Assembly: GCA_963832165.1 (NCBI GenBank)
Contig: CAWHTE010000005.1
Span: 128,001-192,000 of the forward strand
Reading direction: 5' to 3'
Length of the DNA stretch: 64,000 bases
Source: an uncultured delta proteobacterium
GTDB lineage: Bacteria; Myxococcota_A; UBA9160; SMWR01
In this document: positions 18,426 through 28,867 of the stretch, in pieces
How positions within the stretch are numbered: the first letter of the stretch is position 1
Layout: each line of letters starts with the position of its first letter
The notes under the pieces: generated by a model
Database searches by the model: none
Seen by the model: the letters and a program-made list of their open reading frames with translations, nothing else
What the model was told of the DNA's origin: nothing
Program-made: the position numbers and the translations under genes

Positions 18426-20390
18426 GTGTCGGAATTCGCCGTCGTTGCGGTCCTCGGGCTGCTCGCGGGATCGCTCGCAGCGCTCACCGCGCGCCGCCGC
18501 GCATCCGACCGACGGCTCGCCGCGGCGCTCTTCGCGCTCGGCCCCGGGATCGCCGCGTGTGCGCTGATCGCAGCGGCCGCGAGCCATCGCGTACCGCCCT
18601 CGCCGCCCCCGCCGCGCGACCTGCCGCTCGAGGAGCCCGCGCCCGATGACACGAGCTCGGCCGCGTGTCGCTCCTGTCACCCGGAACAGTATTCGAGCTG
18701 GCACGCCTCCTATCACCGCACCATGACGCAGACCGCCTCGGCGCGCGCGGTGATCGGCGATTTCGGCGACGTGCGCGTCGCGTTCGGCGGCGTCGGCTAC
18801 CGCCTGTTCGAGCGGGACGGTCGGTTCTTCGGCGAGATTGCACCAGTGCGCGGGGTCGCGTCGGGTGGCGACGAGGTGGTGGAGCTCCAGCAGACCACGG
18901 GCTCCCATCACATGCAGGTGTACTGGTTCGCGAGCGGAGCCGGGCGCATGCTCGAGGCGTTCCCGCTCGTCTACCTGCGCGACGAGCGCCGCTGGATCCC
19001 GCGCGTTTCGGCCTTCGTCACGCCGCCCGATGCAGACGCGAGCCGCGCCTCGGTCTGGAACTACACGTGCATCGCCTGCCACACCACTCATCCGCGCCCT
19101 CGCCTCTCCGGGTCGCAGATCGCGAGCGCCGATTCGCATGTGACCGAGCTCGGCATCGCGTGCGAATCGTGTCACGGCGCGGGCCGCGAGCATGTCGAGG
19201 CCCATCGCTCGCCGCTCCATCGCTACCGCGCCCATTTCTCAAGCGATCCCGATCCCGCGATCGCCAACCCGAGTCGGCTCTCCCACGTGCGCTCGTCCCA
19301 GGTGTGCGGCCAGTGTCACGCCGTGAAGATCTTCCACTCCGACGAGCAGGCTCGCGAGTGGGCCGAGAACGGTTTGGCCTTCCGCCCCGGCGACGATCTC
19401 GAAGTTGCGGCCAACGTGATCTCCAACGCGACGCTCTCGCGCCCGTTCACGCAGCGCACGATGCGTGCATTCCCGGACCTCGTGCGCGGCGCGTTCTGGG
19501 ACGACGGCATCGTGCGCGTGGTCGGCCGTGAGTACAACGCGCTGCTCGAGTCGCCGTGCTATCAGCGCGGCGAGCTGTCCTGCCTCTCGTGCCACACGCT
19601 GCACAAGCCGGTCGATGACGAACGCGAGCTCTCGCGCTGGGCCGATGATCAGCTCTCTGCGGGAATGGAAACCGATCGCGCGTGCCTCCAGTGTCACGAG
19701 CGCTTCGAGGACGCCGCGACCGCCGCCGCGCACACCCATCACGACCCGGATTCGAGCGGCAGCGAGTGCCAGAACTGCCACATGCCGCACACCGCCTACG
19801 GCCTGCTCAAGGCCGTGCGCGGTCACGAGATCGGCACGAGCCCGCGCGCGGCGACCGCAGGGCCGGGCAGCGAGCGCCCCAATGCCTGCAACCTCTGCCA
19901 CCTCGACCGCCCGCTCGGCTGGGCGGCCGATCACCTCGCGCGCTGGTACGGCCAGGAGCTGCCCGCGCTCGTCGAGGACGACCGGCGGATCGCCGCGGGC
20001 GTGCGCTGGGCGCTCGAGGGGGATGCGGGCGTACGCGCGCTCGTGGCCTGGTCGATGGGGTGGAAGCCAGCCCAGCACACGGCGGGAACGCAATGGCTCG
20101 TCCCCTACCTTGTACAGCTCATGGAGGACCCCTACGACGCCGTGCGGATCATCGCGACGCGATCGCTGCGCACGCTGCCCGGGTACTCGGACACGCGCTT
20201 CGACGAGCTCGCCGATCCGGACGCGCGAGCGCGTGCGACCGCGGCGATCCGCGAGCGTTGGGAGTATCGGCCCCCCTCGGCGGAACATGCGGCGGCGACG
20301 CTATTCGATGAGCGCGGCGAGATCGATCCGGTCGAGCTCGCGCGTCTGCTGCAGCGCCGGGACAACCGGCCGATCAACCTCGCGGAGTAG
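18426..20390 (+). CDS. Membrane-anchored multiheme (8 CxxCH) c-type cytochrome with C-terminal HEAT-like region
   Basis: CRSCH, CIACH, CESCH, CGQCH, CLSCH, CLQCH, CQNCH, CNLCH. Two N-terminal TM helices. Confidence 0.9.
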   Translation: MSEFAVVAVLGLLAGSLAALTARRRASDRRLAAALFALGPGIAACALIAAAASHRVPPSPPPPRDLPLEEPAPDDTSSAACRSCHPEQYSSWHASYHRTMTQTASARAVIGDFGDVRVAFGGVGYRLFERDGRFFGEIAPVRGVASGGDEVVELQQTTGSHHMQVYWFASGAGRMLEAFPLVYLRDERRWIPRVSAFVTPPDADASRASVWNYTCIACHTTHPRPRLSGSQIASADSHVTELGIACESCHGAGREHVEAHRSPLHRYRAHFSSDPDPAIANPSRLSHVRSSQVCGQCHAVKIFHSDEQAREWAENGLAFRPGDDLEVAANVISNATLSRPFTQRTMRAFPDLVRGAFWDDGIVRVVGREYNALLESPCYQRGELSCLSCHTLHKPVDDERELSRWADDQLSAGMETDRACLQCHERFEDAATAAAHTHHDPDSSGSECQNCHMPHTAYGLLKAVRGHEIGTSPRAATAGPGSERPNACNLCHLDRPLGWAADHLARWYGQELPALVEDDRRIAAGVRWALEGDAGVRALVAWSMGWKPAQHTAGTQWLVPYLVQLMEDPYDAVRIIATRSLRTLPGYSDTRFDELADPDARARATAAIRERWEYRPPSAEHAAATLFDERGEIDPVELARLLQRRDNRPINLAE

Positions 20391-20429
20391 ACTCTGCGCG
20401 AGAATCACCGCGCGGACCCACGGCGCTCG

Positions 20430-20873
20430 ATGGACGAAACCGAACCGATGCACAGCTCTCGACTCGCCGGCTCTCTGGTCCGGTTCGGCCTGTGGTCCCT
20501 GCTCGCCTATCTCACGCTCGGTCTCGCGCTCGAGGCGCTGCACGGCTTCAAGGTGCGCTGGTATCTCGAGTTCGAAACGCGCAGGCTCTTGTGGACCCTC
20601 GCGCATGCGCACGGCGTGCTGCTCTCCGTGCTCGCGATCGGTCTCGGCATGCTGCTGCGCGCCTCGCATCACGGCACCGCGACGTGGCCGCGTGCCGCGG
20701 CTGCATGCCTGATCGCGGCCACGATCCTGTTGCCGGGCGGCTTCCTGCTCGGGGGCATCTACATCTACGGCGGAGATCCCGGTCTCGGCGTCGTGCTCTC
20801 GCCGATCGGCGGAGCGCTGCTCTTTGCGGGCGTGCTGTTGACTGCGCTCCACTACCGACCGGGCGAGGATTGA
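20430..20873 (+). CDS. Small four-TM membrane protein with LAHAHG motif
   Basis: Four hydrophobic helices and His residues (ALHG, AHAHG). Stop overlaps the next start (TTGA). Confidence 0.75.
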   Translation: MDETEPMHSSRLAGSLVRFGLWSLLAYLTLGLALEALHGFKVRWYLEFETRRLLWTLAHAHGVLLSVLAIGLGMLLRASHHGTATWPRAAAACLIAATILLPGGFLLGGIYIYGGDPGLGVVLSPIGGALLFAGVLLTALHYRPGED

Positions 20874-22876
20874 GCGCGGCTCGTCCCTTGGCGCGGAGGC
20901 GATCCCGGCTCGCGCTCGCGGGCGCGCTGGCGTTCGCTGCCGCGTGCGGCGGCGAGCACAGCGCCGAGCCCGCGCCCGGGGCGGGAGCCACGGGCGACAT
21001 CGACGAGCGCCTGGGCCTCTCGCGCGACGCGAAGCTCGAGATCTTCGAGACGATGCGCGCCGAGATGGCGGCGCCGCGCCACCCCTCGGACGGCGGCGGG
21101 CGCGCGTGGATCGATTCGGTGGAGAACGCGTCGGGCGAGCCGATCGCGCTGCGCGCGGGAGATCGCGCGCGGATCCGCCTCACCTACGAGGCAGGCCCAC
21201 AGGGGATCGCGAAGGGCGGCTCGCTGGCATTCCGCGTCTCGCCGTGGTGGGGATGGGATCCGCCGCAGCCGCTCGACCGCGCGGCACCCGGCTTCACCGA
21301 GGTGACCACGCCCGTCGCCAGACTCCGGTTCCTGTTCGGATGGGACGGCCAGGTCCTCTCGGTCGTGTTCCGCGACCGGCGTCTCGCACCCGGGGAGCGG
21401 ATCCAGTTCACCTACGGTGCCGGACCCGCGCTCGCGGCCGTCGATGTCGACGCCGAGCGCGGCGAGCGCCTCTGGTTCGCCGTCGACGGCGACGGCGATG
21501 GCGCGCGCCGCTACCTCGCGCAATCGCCCAGCGTCGACATCGCCGCGGGTCCGCCTGCGCGCCTGCGCGTGGTGCTGCCGACGGTCGCGCGGCCCGGAGA
21601 TCGCGTCGCTGTGCGCGTCTCCGTGCTCGATCGCTTCGGCAACGCGGGAGTGCCGTTCGCGGGCGAGGTGCAGCTCTCGAGCTCGGCGGGTCTCGAGCTG
21701 CCGCGCGTGCTCGGATTCGCCGTGGCCGATCGCGGCCAGAAGCGCGTCGACGCGCTCGCCGCCGGATCGGGCGTATTCCGCACCACCGCAAAGGCATCGT
21801 CTCCTGCGCTCGCCAAGCCGCTCGCCGCACAGAGCAACCCGCTCACCGTGGCCGCGAACGCGCCGCGACTCTACTGGGCCGATCTCCACGGCCACTCCCG
21901 CCTCTCCGACGGAACCGGCACGCCCGAGGACTACTACCGCTATGCGCGCGACATCGCGGGACTCGACGCGGCCGCACTGACCGACCACGACCATTGGGGG
22001 ATCGAGTACCTCGATGAGCAACCCGCGTACTGGGACGAGATCCGCGAGGCGGCGTCGCAATTCGACGAGCCGGGCCGCTTCGTGACCCTGCTCGGCTACG
22101 AGTGGACGAGCCTGCTGCACGGTCATCGCCACGTGCTCTACTTCGGCGACGACGGTTCCGTGCTCTCCGCGTTCGATCCGCGCTACCAGACACCGAACCA
22201 GCTCTGGGACGCGCTGCGCGGGCAGCCCGCGTTGACCTTTGCCCACCACTCCGCGGGCGGGCCGATCTCGACCAACTGGCGCTACCGGCCCGATCCCGAC
22301 CTCGAGCCCGTCACCGAGATCGTCTCGGCGCACGGCAACAGCGAATCCCCCGACGCGCCGCTGCCGATCTACGATCCGGTCCCGGGCAACTTCGTGAGCG
22401 ACGTGCTCGCGGACGGCGTTCGTCTCGGCTTCATCGGGAGCGGCGACAGCCACGACGGTCATCCGGGTGCGAGCCATCTCGATACGCCCCACGGCTTCGG
22501 CCTCGCCGCGATCTGGGCCAGCGAGCTCTCGCGCGAGTCGATCCGGCGTGCGCTCATGGAGCGGCGCGTCTATGCGACCAACGGCGCGCGCATCCTGCTC
22601 GAGGTGGCACTCGACGGCGCGCCCATGGGCAGCGTGATCGACGCCGCCGCCCCCGGCGAGCGCGCGATCCTGCACGTGCGAGTGGTCGCCGAGGCACCGC
22701 TCGAACGCGTCGATCTCGTGCGCCGCGCCGAGACCACGGCGCTGCCGCTCGCGGGCGAGCTCGAGTGGCGGAGCGAGCAGCCGATCGCGCCGCTGCGCGC
22801 AGGGGACCATCTCTACGTGCGCGTGGTCCAGCGCGATGGCGGTGCCGCATGGTCCAGCCCGATCTTCGCGCAATGA
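20870..22876 (+). CDS. PHP-type metallohydrolase (CehA/McbA / DUF3604-like), probable lipoprotein
   Basis: Lipobox AFAAAC. Motifs WADLHGHSRLSDG, ALTDHD, GYEWT, GHRH, GSGDSHDGHPG, RRVYATNG. Confidence 0.82.
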   Translation: MSAARPLARRRSRLALAGALAFAAACGGEHSAEPAPGAGATGDIDERLGLSRDAKLEIFETMRAEMAAPRHPSDGGGRAWIDSVENASGEPIALRAGDRARIRLTYEAGPQGIAKGGSLAFRVSPWWGWDPPQPLDRAAPGFTEVTTPVARLRFLFGWDGQVLSVVFRDRRLAPGERIQFTYGAGPALAAVDVDAERGERLWFAVDGDGDGARRYLAQSPSVDIAAGPPARLRVVLPTVARPGDRVAVRVSVLDRFGNAGVPFAGEVQLSSSAGLELPRVLGFAVADRGQKRVDALAAGSGVFRTTAKASSPALAKPLAAQSNPLTVAANAPRLYWADLHGHSRLSDGTGTPEDYYRYARDIAGLDAAALTDHDHWGIEYLDEQPAYWDEIREAASQFDEPGRFVTLLGYEWTSLLHGHRHVLYFGDDGSVLSAFDPRYQTPNQLWDALRGQPALTFAHHSAGGPISTNWRYRPDPDLEPVTEIVSAHGNSESPDAPLPIYDPVPGNFVSDVLADGVRLGFIGSGDSHDGHPGASHLDTPHGFGLAAIWASELSRESIRRALMERRVYATNGARILLEVALDGAPMGSVIDAAAPGERAILHVRVVAEAPLERVDLVRRAETTALPLAGELEWRSEQPIAPLRAGDHLYVRVVQRDGGAAWSSPIFAQ

Positions 22877-24390
22877 AGCGGCTCGCCGTACCCGTACTGG
22901 TGTTCGCACTGGGCGCGCTCGCCTATCGCGCGCTCGTACTCGTGGCATTCGCGCGCCCGAGCGCCCAGCAGATCGAGAGCTGGCTGTTCCGCCCCACGCA
23001 GCTCCCCGCTGCGCTCGTGTTGGTCATCGCTGGCTGGCTGCTCTGGCGAAGGCGCGAGCAGCTGCGCGCACTGCCGAGTGCGCCACATGCGGTGCAGAGC
23101 GCGGTTCTCGCGATCGCGAGCACCGGGCTCTACGCGTGGGCGCTGCTCACCCGCACGCCCGACCTCCTGCTCGCGTCGCTCGCTGCGCACGTCCTGGCGC
23201 TCGCGAGCATCGCGGGCGGGCCGCGCGGCGTGCGGACGTGTCTGCTTCCGGCCGCCGTGCTGCTGATCGGCGTGCGCATTCCGGGACCGCTGCGACACGA
23301 GGTCGTGTGGGCGCTGCAGCGCTCGGCCGCCTGGGCGTCCCACGGGCTCCTCGATCTGATCGGCAGCGATTTCATCCGCGAGGGGATCGTGCTGCGCGAC
23401 GCCGAGCACGTGGTCCACGTGATCGACGGCTGCAGCGGACTCCAGGGCATCCTCACGCTCACGCTGATCGCGATCCTGGTCGGAGAGCTCGTCCAGCTCC
23501 CGAGTCGGCGTCGATGGCTGCTCGCGGCGAGCGCGCCCGCGATCGGCTTCGCGCTCAATGCCGTGCGCGTCGCCTACATCGCGCTCTACCCGGGCGCGGA
23601 GGCCGCCCTCCAGGGCGGCCATACACTCCAGGGTGTTGCAGTGCTGGCGGCCGGCACCGCGATCCTCTACGCGGTCGGTCACCTCGCCGCGAGTCCGGAC
23701 AGCGATCGCGACATTGCTCCCCCCGCGCCGGCCGAGCGCCCGACGGGCTCACAGCTCGCCGGGGTGGCGCTGATCGGCCTCGCGGCAGCGCTCTCGCTCG
23801 TGCTCTCTCCGTTTCCTCCTCGCAGCGGGGTGTTCGAGCCTGCCGAGATCGAGTTCCCCGAGATCCGCGCGGATTGGAGCAGCCGGCCGCTCGTCGCCGA
23901 GCCCTACTTCATCGGGCCCCCGGCTCCCGGCGAGCGGCTGACCCGCCGCTACGAACGCGCATCGCCGACGCCTCCGCCGCAGCTCATCGATCTCCTGATC
24001 GCGATGGATCCCGAGCGCCCTCCCGACGACGTGGGCCACCTCTTCTCCTCGCAGCTCGCGTGGCCGGGCCCCGATTGGGAGGTGCTCCACCGCAGCCGCG
24101 CCCGGATCTGGGACCTCGACCTCGACGCGGAGTACTCGGTCGCGTGGCGCGGAAGCGGTGCCGAGCGCGCCATCACCTACACCTGGCGCGTGCGCGAGGG
24201 CGGATTCTGGCGCGAGTGCTGGCGATCGCTGCTGGCGCTCGAAGCGAGCCCGTTCCGGCGCGAGCGCAAACGCGCTGTGGTTCAGCTCGTCGCCTACTCG
24301 GTCACCGATCGTCCGGCCGAGGTAGACCGCGCGAAGCAACGGCTCGACCGCTTCATCACGTTCTTTCGCGACGACCTGAGCGCGCTCTGA
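22873..24390 (+). CDS. xrt: Exosortase (exosortase/archaeosortase family) with C-terminal EpsI-like domain
   Basis: About 8 TM helices. Catalytic triad motifs VIDGCSG (Cys), NAVRV (Arg) and GHTLQG (His). Periplasmic C-terminal domain. ATGA overlap with the upstream gene. Confidence 0.88.
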   Translation: MKRLAVPVLVFALGALAYRALVLVAFARPSAQQIESWLFRPTQLPAALVLVIAGWLLWRRREQLRALPSAPHAVQSAVLAIASTGLYAWALLTRTPDLLLASLAAHVLALASIAGGPRGVRTCLLPAAVLLIGVRIPGPLRHEVVWALQRSAAWASHGLLDLIGSDFIREGIVLRDAEHVVHVIDGCSGLQGILTLTLIAILVGELVQLPSRRRWLLAASAPAIGFALNAVRVAYIALYPGAEAALQGGHTLQGVAVLAAGTAILYAVGHLAASPDSDRDIAPPAPAERPTGSQLAGVALIGLAAALSLVLSPFPPRSGVFEPAEIEFPEIRADWSSRPLVAEPYFIGPPAPGERLTRRYERASPTPPPQLIDLLIAMDPERPPDDVGHLFSSQLAWPGPDWEVLHRSRARIWDLDLDAEYSVAWRGSGAERAITYTWRVREGGFWRECWRSLLALEASPFRRERKRAVVQLVAYSVTDRPAEVDRAKQRLDRFITFFRDDLSAL

Positions 24391-27300
24391 GGTCCGCGCG
24401 CACGCGCTCGAGGCGCGGGCGCCAGTCGTCCGTGCCCGATGTGGGCGCGGCACCCGCTCCGTCCGCAGCCAGCCGGTCGGCGATCTCGAGCGCGCGCTTC
24501 ATCAGATCGCTGCCGCGCTCGGTCGGCGGGGCGAGCTCGGCGATTCGCGCGAGCGTCGGCCAGGCCGATTCGGGCAGACCGGCCGCAACCGCAGCGCGCG
24601 CGTGCAACAGCGCGTCCTCTCCGTGCCAGAAATTTCGCAACACCGCGTCCTCGATCGCGACGGCCTCCGCCGCGTGGCTGCGGTCTCCCGACTCCAGGCG
24701 CCAGCGCGCACGCAGCCGCGATGCTTCGCGGAACAGTGGGTCGCCGCGCCCGATCTGCGCGATCTCGGCGTCGAGCTCGGCGACGCGCGACCAGTCGCGC
24801 TCGTCGGCGCGCCGCCAACCCGCGATCAACGCGGCGGCGGGCGCGTCGAGCGCGCTCTCCGAGAGCTCGGGTATCGGTCCGCGCGCAAGATCGGTGCGCC
24901 GGCTGAGCACGAGGCCGCGCAGCGCGTCGCGATCGCCCGGTTCGATCGCGAGCGCGCGCGCAAAGTGCCGCGCCCCGCTGCGCGCGCGGTTGTTCGTGAC
25001 CTCCACCCAGCCCTGACCGCGCTCGGCGGCTGCCCCGCCGTCGCCCCGCGCGAGCTCGAGGGCGCGGTCTGCACCGCCTCGCAGTACGAGGGCGCGCAGC
25101 ACGGCGCCGCGGTCGAGGTCGCCCCGCGCGTCGCGGAGCGGATCGTGCGGAGCGACCAGCGCGCGGAGAGAGCTCTCTCCGAGCGCGCGGTCTCCGAGCC
25201 GCCACGCGCGCGATGCGAGCTCGTTCTCGTCGTCGCTGTTCGGCGGCGTGCCGCGCGCGAGCTCGCGCGCGCCGTCCTCGTCGAGCAACCACGCGCTCGC
25301 GAAGTCCTCGACGCGGAACAGGCCGTCACGCGCGTAGTCGTCGGGTGTCGCCGCCAGCGCGCGGGCGGCGCCCGCGAGCCCTGCGATCGGCGCGGGTGAT
25401 GCCGCGAACAGCACACCCCGCTCGCCGGGCCAGTACACCTCCACGTGGCCGAATACTTCGACGAGCGCCGAGAGCAGTGATTGCAACAGCGCCTCGTCGA
25501 TGAACGGCATTCCGATCCACTGCACGAACACGCCATCGGGCTCCAGCCGCGAGCGCACCAGGGAGAAGAACTCACGCGTATAGAGATGGGACGCGCCCGC
25601 GGTCCATGGATGCGAGGGTTGGGACACGATTGCGCCATAGCGCTTCGCGGTGAGTGCAAGCGACCCGCGCGCGTCCCCGAAGTGCACGCGCACGCGTGGG
25701 TCTGCGAGCGGGTCGCGCGCGCGAGCGCCCGACAGCACGCGATTGGCCGCGAGCACCTCGGGCTCGAGCTCGATTGCGTCGACCCGCTCCACGCTCGAGG
25801 GCACCGACTCGAGCGCGGTCGCACCGCCCAGGCCCACCACCAGCACTTCCCTCGTCTCGGGGCGCACGAGCGTGGGCAAGAGTCCCAGCCAGCGCGCGAC
25901 GATGCCCGGCAGCGGCACGACACCGGCGCGATCGATTACCGCCTCGGGCAGTCCGTTCGTGGCGAGGCGGAACAGCGCTCCCTGGTCGGTCAGCATCACC
26001 GTGCTCGAGCGCCCGACCGCCGTGTACAGGATCTCGCCCGCGAGCGGTGCGCTGCGCAGCGAGGACTGCCGCAACAGCGCCTCGGGCCGCGTCGGCGGCA
26101 AGAGCGGCAACACGCCCAGCGCCGCAATCGCAACCGCAGCGAGAGCCGCGCGGCGCGGTGCGGCAAACCACGCGCTGGCCACGGCGAGCAGCAGGCTCAC
26201 AGCGACGCCGAGCGCGAGCGTCCCCTCGAAACCCAGCTGCGGCAGCAGCACGAACCCCGCTCCGAGCGCGCCCGCGATCGCTCCGATCGTGTTCCACGCG
26301 TAGACCCGAGCCGTCGCGCGCGTCGTCTGTTCGGGCGCGAGCGTGAGCCAGCGCACGGCGAGCGGAAACGTCGCGCCGATGCAGAGCGTGATCGGCAGCA
26401 GCGCTGCCACTGCGATCGCCGCGCTCGCGAGCGGCGCCGCAGGACCGGCGGAGAGCCAGCGCTCGAGCGCGGGCACCCGGTCGGCGAGAGCGAACGCGCC
26501 GTACGAAGTGAGCGCGATCCCGAGCTGCGCGAGCGCGAAGCCGGTGCGCGCGCGCTCACGCGTGCGCGCGAACCGCGCGGCGGCGGTGCTGCCGAGCGCG
26601 ATGCCGAGCAGAAAGCTCGCAAGCATGGTCGCGAACGCCGCCAGGCTCGCGCCGAGCACGTGACCCAGCAGACGGGTCCAGAGCACTTCGTACGCGAACG
26701 AGACCGCACCTGACACCGCCATCGCGGGCAGGATCCACGCCGCACGGGCGGCCGCGCGACCGGATCGATCGGAAGCTTCAGACTCGGACCCGGACTCGAC
26801 CGCGAGCGCGGGTGCGGCGCCGCGCGCGGCGACTGCTGCGAGCGCGAACACCGCGCCGTTCAGGCCGGCGCCGACCCAGACCGCGCGCCGCAGACCGAGC
26901 TCGGGAATCAGCCAGAACGCGGCGCAGAGCGTGCCCGCGATTGCGCCGGCCGTGTTCATGGCGTACAGGCCGCCCACGCGCGCCGCGATCTCGCGATCGC
27001 TGTGCACCGCATAGCGCGCGAGCAGCGGCAGTGTGGCGCCCATGAGCGCGGTCGGCAGCAGGAGCACCGCGAACGAACCTGCGAGCTGGAGCAGCGCGTT
27101 CGCGGCGGAGCCGTGCTGCAGCTCCGCCGCGCCGCCGAGCAACCCCACGTACAGCGCACCCAGCGCGCGAATGCCCAGGGGCACCGCGAGCGCCGAGACC
27201 GCGATCGCGAGCTCGAGCCATCCATAGAGCCAGACCGGTCGGCGCACGCGCGGGGCGATCCGCGCAGCGACCGCTGCGCCGAGCGAGAGACCCCCCATGT

Positions 27301-27442
27301 AGGCGGCGAGAACGGCCGCAACGGCCAGCTCGGAGGTCCCGAACACGAAGCTGAGCTCGCGCGTCCAGACCGTCTGATAGAGCAGCGCCGCGAAGCCCGA
27401 CAGCGCGAAGCAGGCGAGCAGCAGCGCGAAGCGCAGATCCAT
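24356..27442 (-). CDS. Fused MFS-like / spermidine-synthase-like protein (subtype B)
   Basis: SGFAALLYQTVW, VYAWNTIGAIAG, VVGLGG, IELEPEV, NGLPE, AIVSQPSHPW. Confidence 0.88.
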   Translation of the reverse strand: MDLRFALLLACFALSGFAALLYQTVWTRELSFVFGTSELAVAAVLAAYMGGLSLGAAVAARIAPRVRRPVWLYGWLELAIAVSALAVPLGIRALGALYVGLLGGAAELQHGSAANALLQLAGSFAVLLLPTALMGATLPLLARYAVHSDREIAARVGGLYAMNTAGAIAGTLCAAFWLIPELGLRRAVWVGAGLNGAVFALAAVAARGAAPALAVESGSESEASDRSGRAAARAAWILPAMAVSGAVSFAYEVLWTRLLGHVLGASLAAFATMLASFLLGIALGSTAAARFARTRERARTGFALAQLGIALTSYGAFALADRVPALERWLSAGPAAPLASAAIAVAALLPITLCIGATFPLAVRWLTLAPEQTTRATARVYAWNTIGAIAGALGAGFVLLPQLGFEGTLALGVAVSLLLAVASAWFAAPRRAALAAVAIAALGVLPLLPPTRPEALLRQSSLRSAPLAGEILYTAVGRSSTVMLTDQGALFRLATNGLPEAVIDRAGVVPLPGIVARWLGLLPTLVRPETREVLVVGLGGATALESVPSSVERVDAIELEPEVLAANRVLSGARARDPLADPRVRVHFGDARGSLALTAKRYGAIVSQPSHPWTAGASHLYTREFFSLVRSRLEPDGVFVQWIGMPFIDEALLQSLLSALVEVFGHVEVYWPGERGVLFAASPAPIAGLAGAARALAATPDDYARDGLFRVEDFASAWLLDEDGARELARGTPPNSDDENELASRAWRLGDRALGESSLRALVAPHDPLRDARGDLDRGAVLRALVLRGGADRALELARGDGGAAAERGQGWVEVTNNRARSGARHFARALAIEPGDRDALRGLVLSRRTDLARGPIPELSESALDAPAAALIAGWRRADERDWSRVAELDAEIAQIGRGDPLFREASRLRARWRLESGDRSHAAEAVAIEDAVLRNFWHGEDALLHARAAVAAGLPESAWPTLARIAELAPPTERGSDLMKRALEIADRLAADGAGAAPTSGTDDWRPRLERVRADLRARSGRRERT

Positions 27443-27534
27443 GCGAATCAAGACTCCCGGCAGAGCGGTCGGCCGCCGACTCTAACCCAACAATCCCCCT
27501 TGCATCTCGTATCGCTGGGGTAATCTCGCAGCCC

Positions 27535-28784
27535 ATGAAAACGAGCTACTCCACAGCGGTTCACTCCACCACGGCTCTGTTGCTCGCGACGCTCGCGATC
27601 ACCGCGTGCAGCGACGCATCGGACCCGCCCTCCGCGAAATCCGGAGCTTCGGCGTCGTCGATCTCCTACGACGAGCTCATCGCGCTGATCGCCGATCCCG
27701 ACGAATTCTCGAAGGCGAGGAAGCTCGGCGAACTCCTGCCCAGCCTGGGCCCGGACGCGGTGCCGACGGTCAAGTCCGTGCTCGCCGAGGCGGCCCCCCT
27801 CGAGATGGGCGCCACCGAGTTCGAGCTCTTGCTGCGCTACTGGGCATCGCATGAGCCCAGGGAGGCTTCGCTGTACGCGCTTGCCGAATCCCCGCGCGGA
27901 TACCGCTGGGCCGCCGTCCACGCCTCGCTCACCACCTGGGCGCGCGGGAATCCCCAGGAGGCCCTCGAGGCCACGCGGATCTACACGTTCGAAGAGGGCG
28001 ACGTTGGCGCCGCGGCGATGGTCGCGCTCGTGCGTGGCTGGATCGAGTCGGGCAAGCCCGGGATCGAGGAATTCATCCACGACACCGGCATGGGCATCCA
28101 GCGCCAGCGCGCGATCTACGCCTACTCGATCGCGAAGATCCGCAAGGATGGGACCGACGCGGCTCGTGAAGTGGGCCGAGGCGATCCCCGACGACGACCC
28201 GACCTACAAGCTCGAGGCGTTCCGCAACGTCGCGACCGCGCTGACTTCGGTCGACGTGAAGGCCGCGAGCCGGTTCTGCGACGCGCACTGCGAGGGGCCG
28301 CAGGGATCCAACCTGCGCAAGCGGATCGCCAACCGCTGGGTGGAGCAGGACGGGCCGGCCGCGCTCGCGTGGCTCTCGACCGCGCCCGATAACCGGGACA
28401 CTGAACTAGCGGTGCATGCCGCCTACCGCGTCTGGGGGAACCGCGATCGCGCCGCGGCGATGCGCTGGGCTGCGGAGAAGCTCGCCGGTCCGAATCCGCC
28501 CGAGGCATGGCTCGAACCCCTGCTTCCGGTCTACGTGCAGCTGCTCGGGAAGGACTCGCCCGTCGAGGCGCTCGCAGTGGGTGCCACGGATCGAGGAGCC
28601 CGGGAACCGCAACGCGCTCACGATCGAGATCGTGCGCAACTGGCGCCACCGCGACGAGGCCGCCGCGGAGGCGTGGCTCAGCAAAGCCTCGCTCGACGCC
28701 GAGACGCTCGAGATCATCCGCCGCCCCGAGAACAACGTCGAGCGGCGTCTGCGCCAGCTCGAGAAGCTCGACAATCCGAGCTGA
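27535..28784 (+). CDS. Helical-repeat lipoprotein, paralog of 1493-2740 (two frameshifts at ~28165 and ~28575)
   Basis: Lipobox LAITAC. Homology continues across three frames: LVRGWIESGKPGIEEF, then YKLEAFR..WVEQDGPAALAWL, then WRHRDEAAAEAWL. TAATCT lies 8 nt before the ATG. Confidence 0.8.
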
Positions 28785-28812
28785 GCGCGTCCGCGCAGCG
28801 AGACGGATGAAT

Positions 28813-28845
28813 CCCGGGGCGGGCCGACGTGCGGCCCGCCCCGGG
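28813..28845. terminator. GC-rich 14-bp perfect hairpin between convergent genes
   Basis: CCCGGGGCGGGCCG-acgtg-CGGCCCGCCCCGGG. Confidence 0.7.
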
Positions 28846-28867
28846 CGTCAGATCCAGAGAGACAGAC

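Noticed and set aside
22102..22872. Extended N-terminus of the exosortase ORF
   Set aside because: Arg-rich off-frame overlap with the PHP hydrolase. ATG 22873 gives an ATGA coupling.
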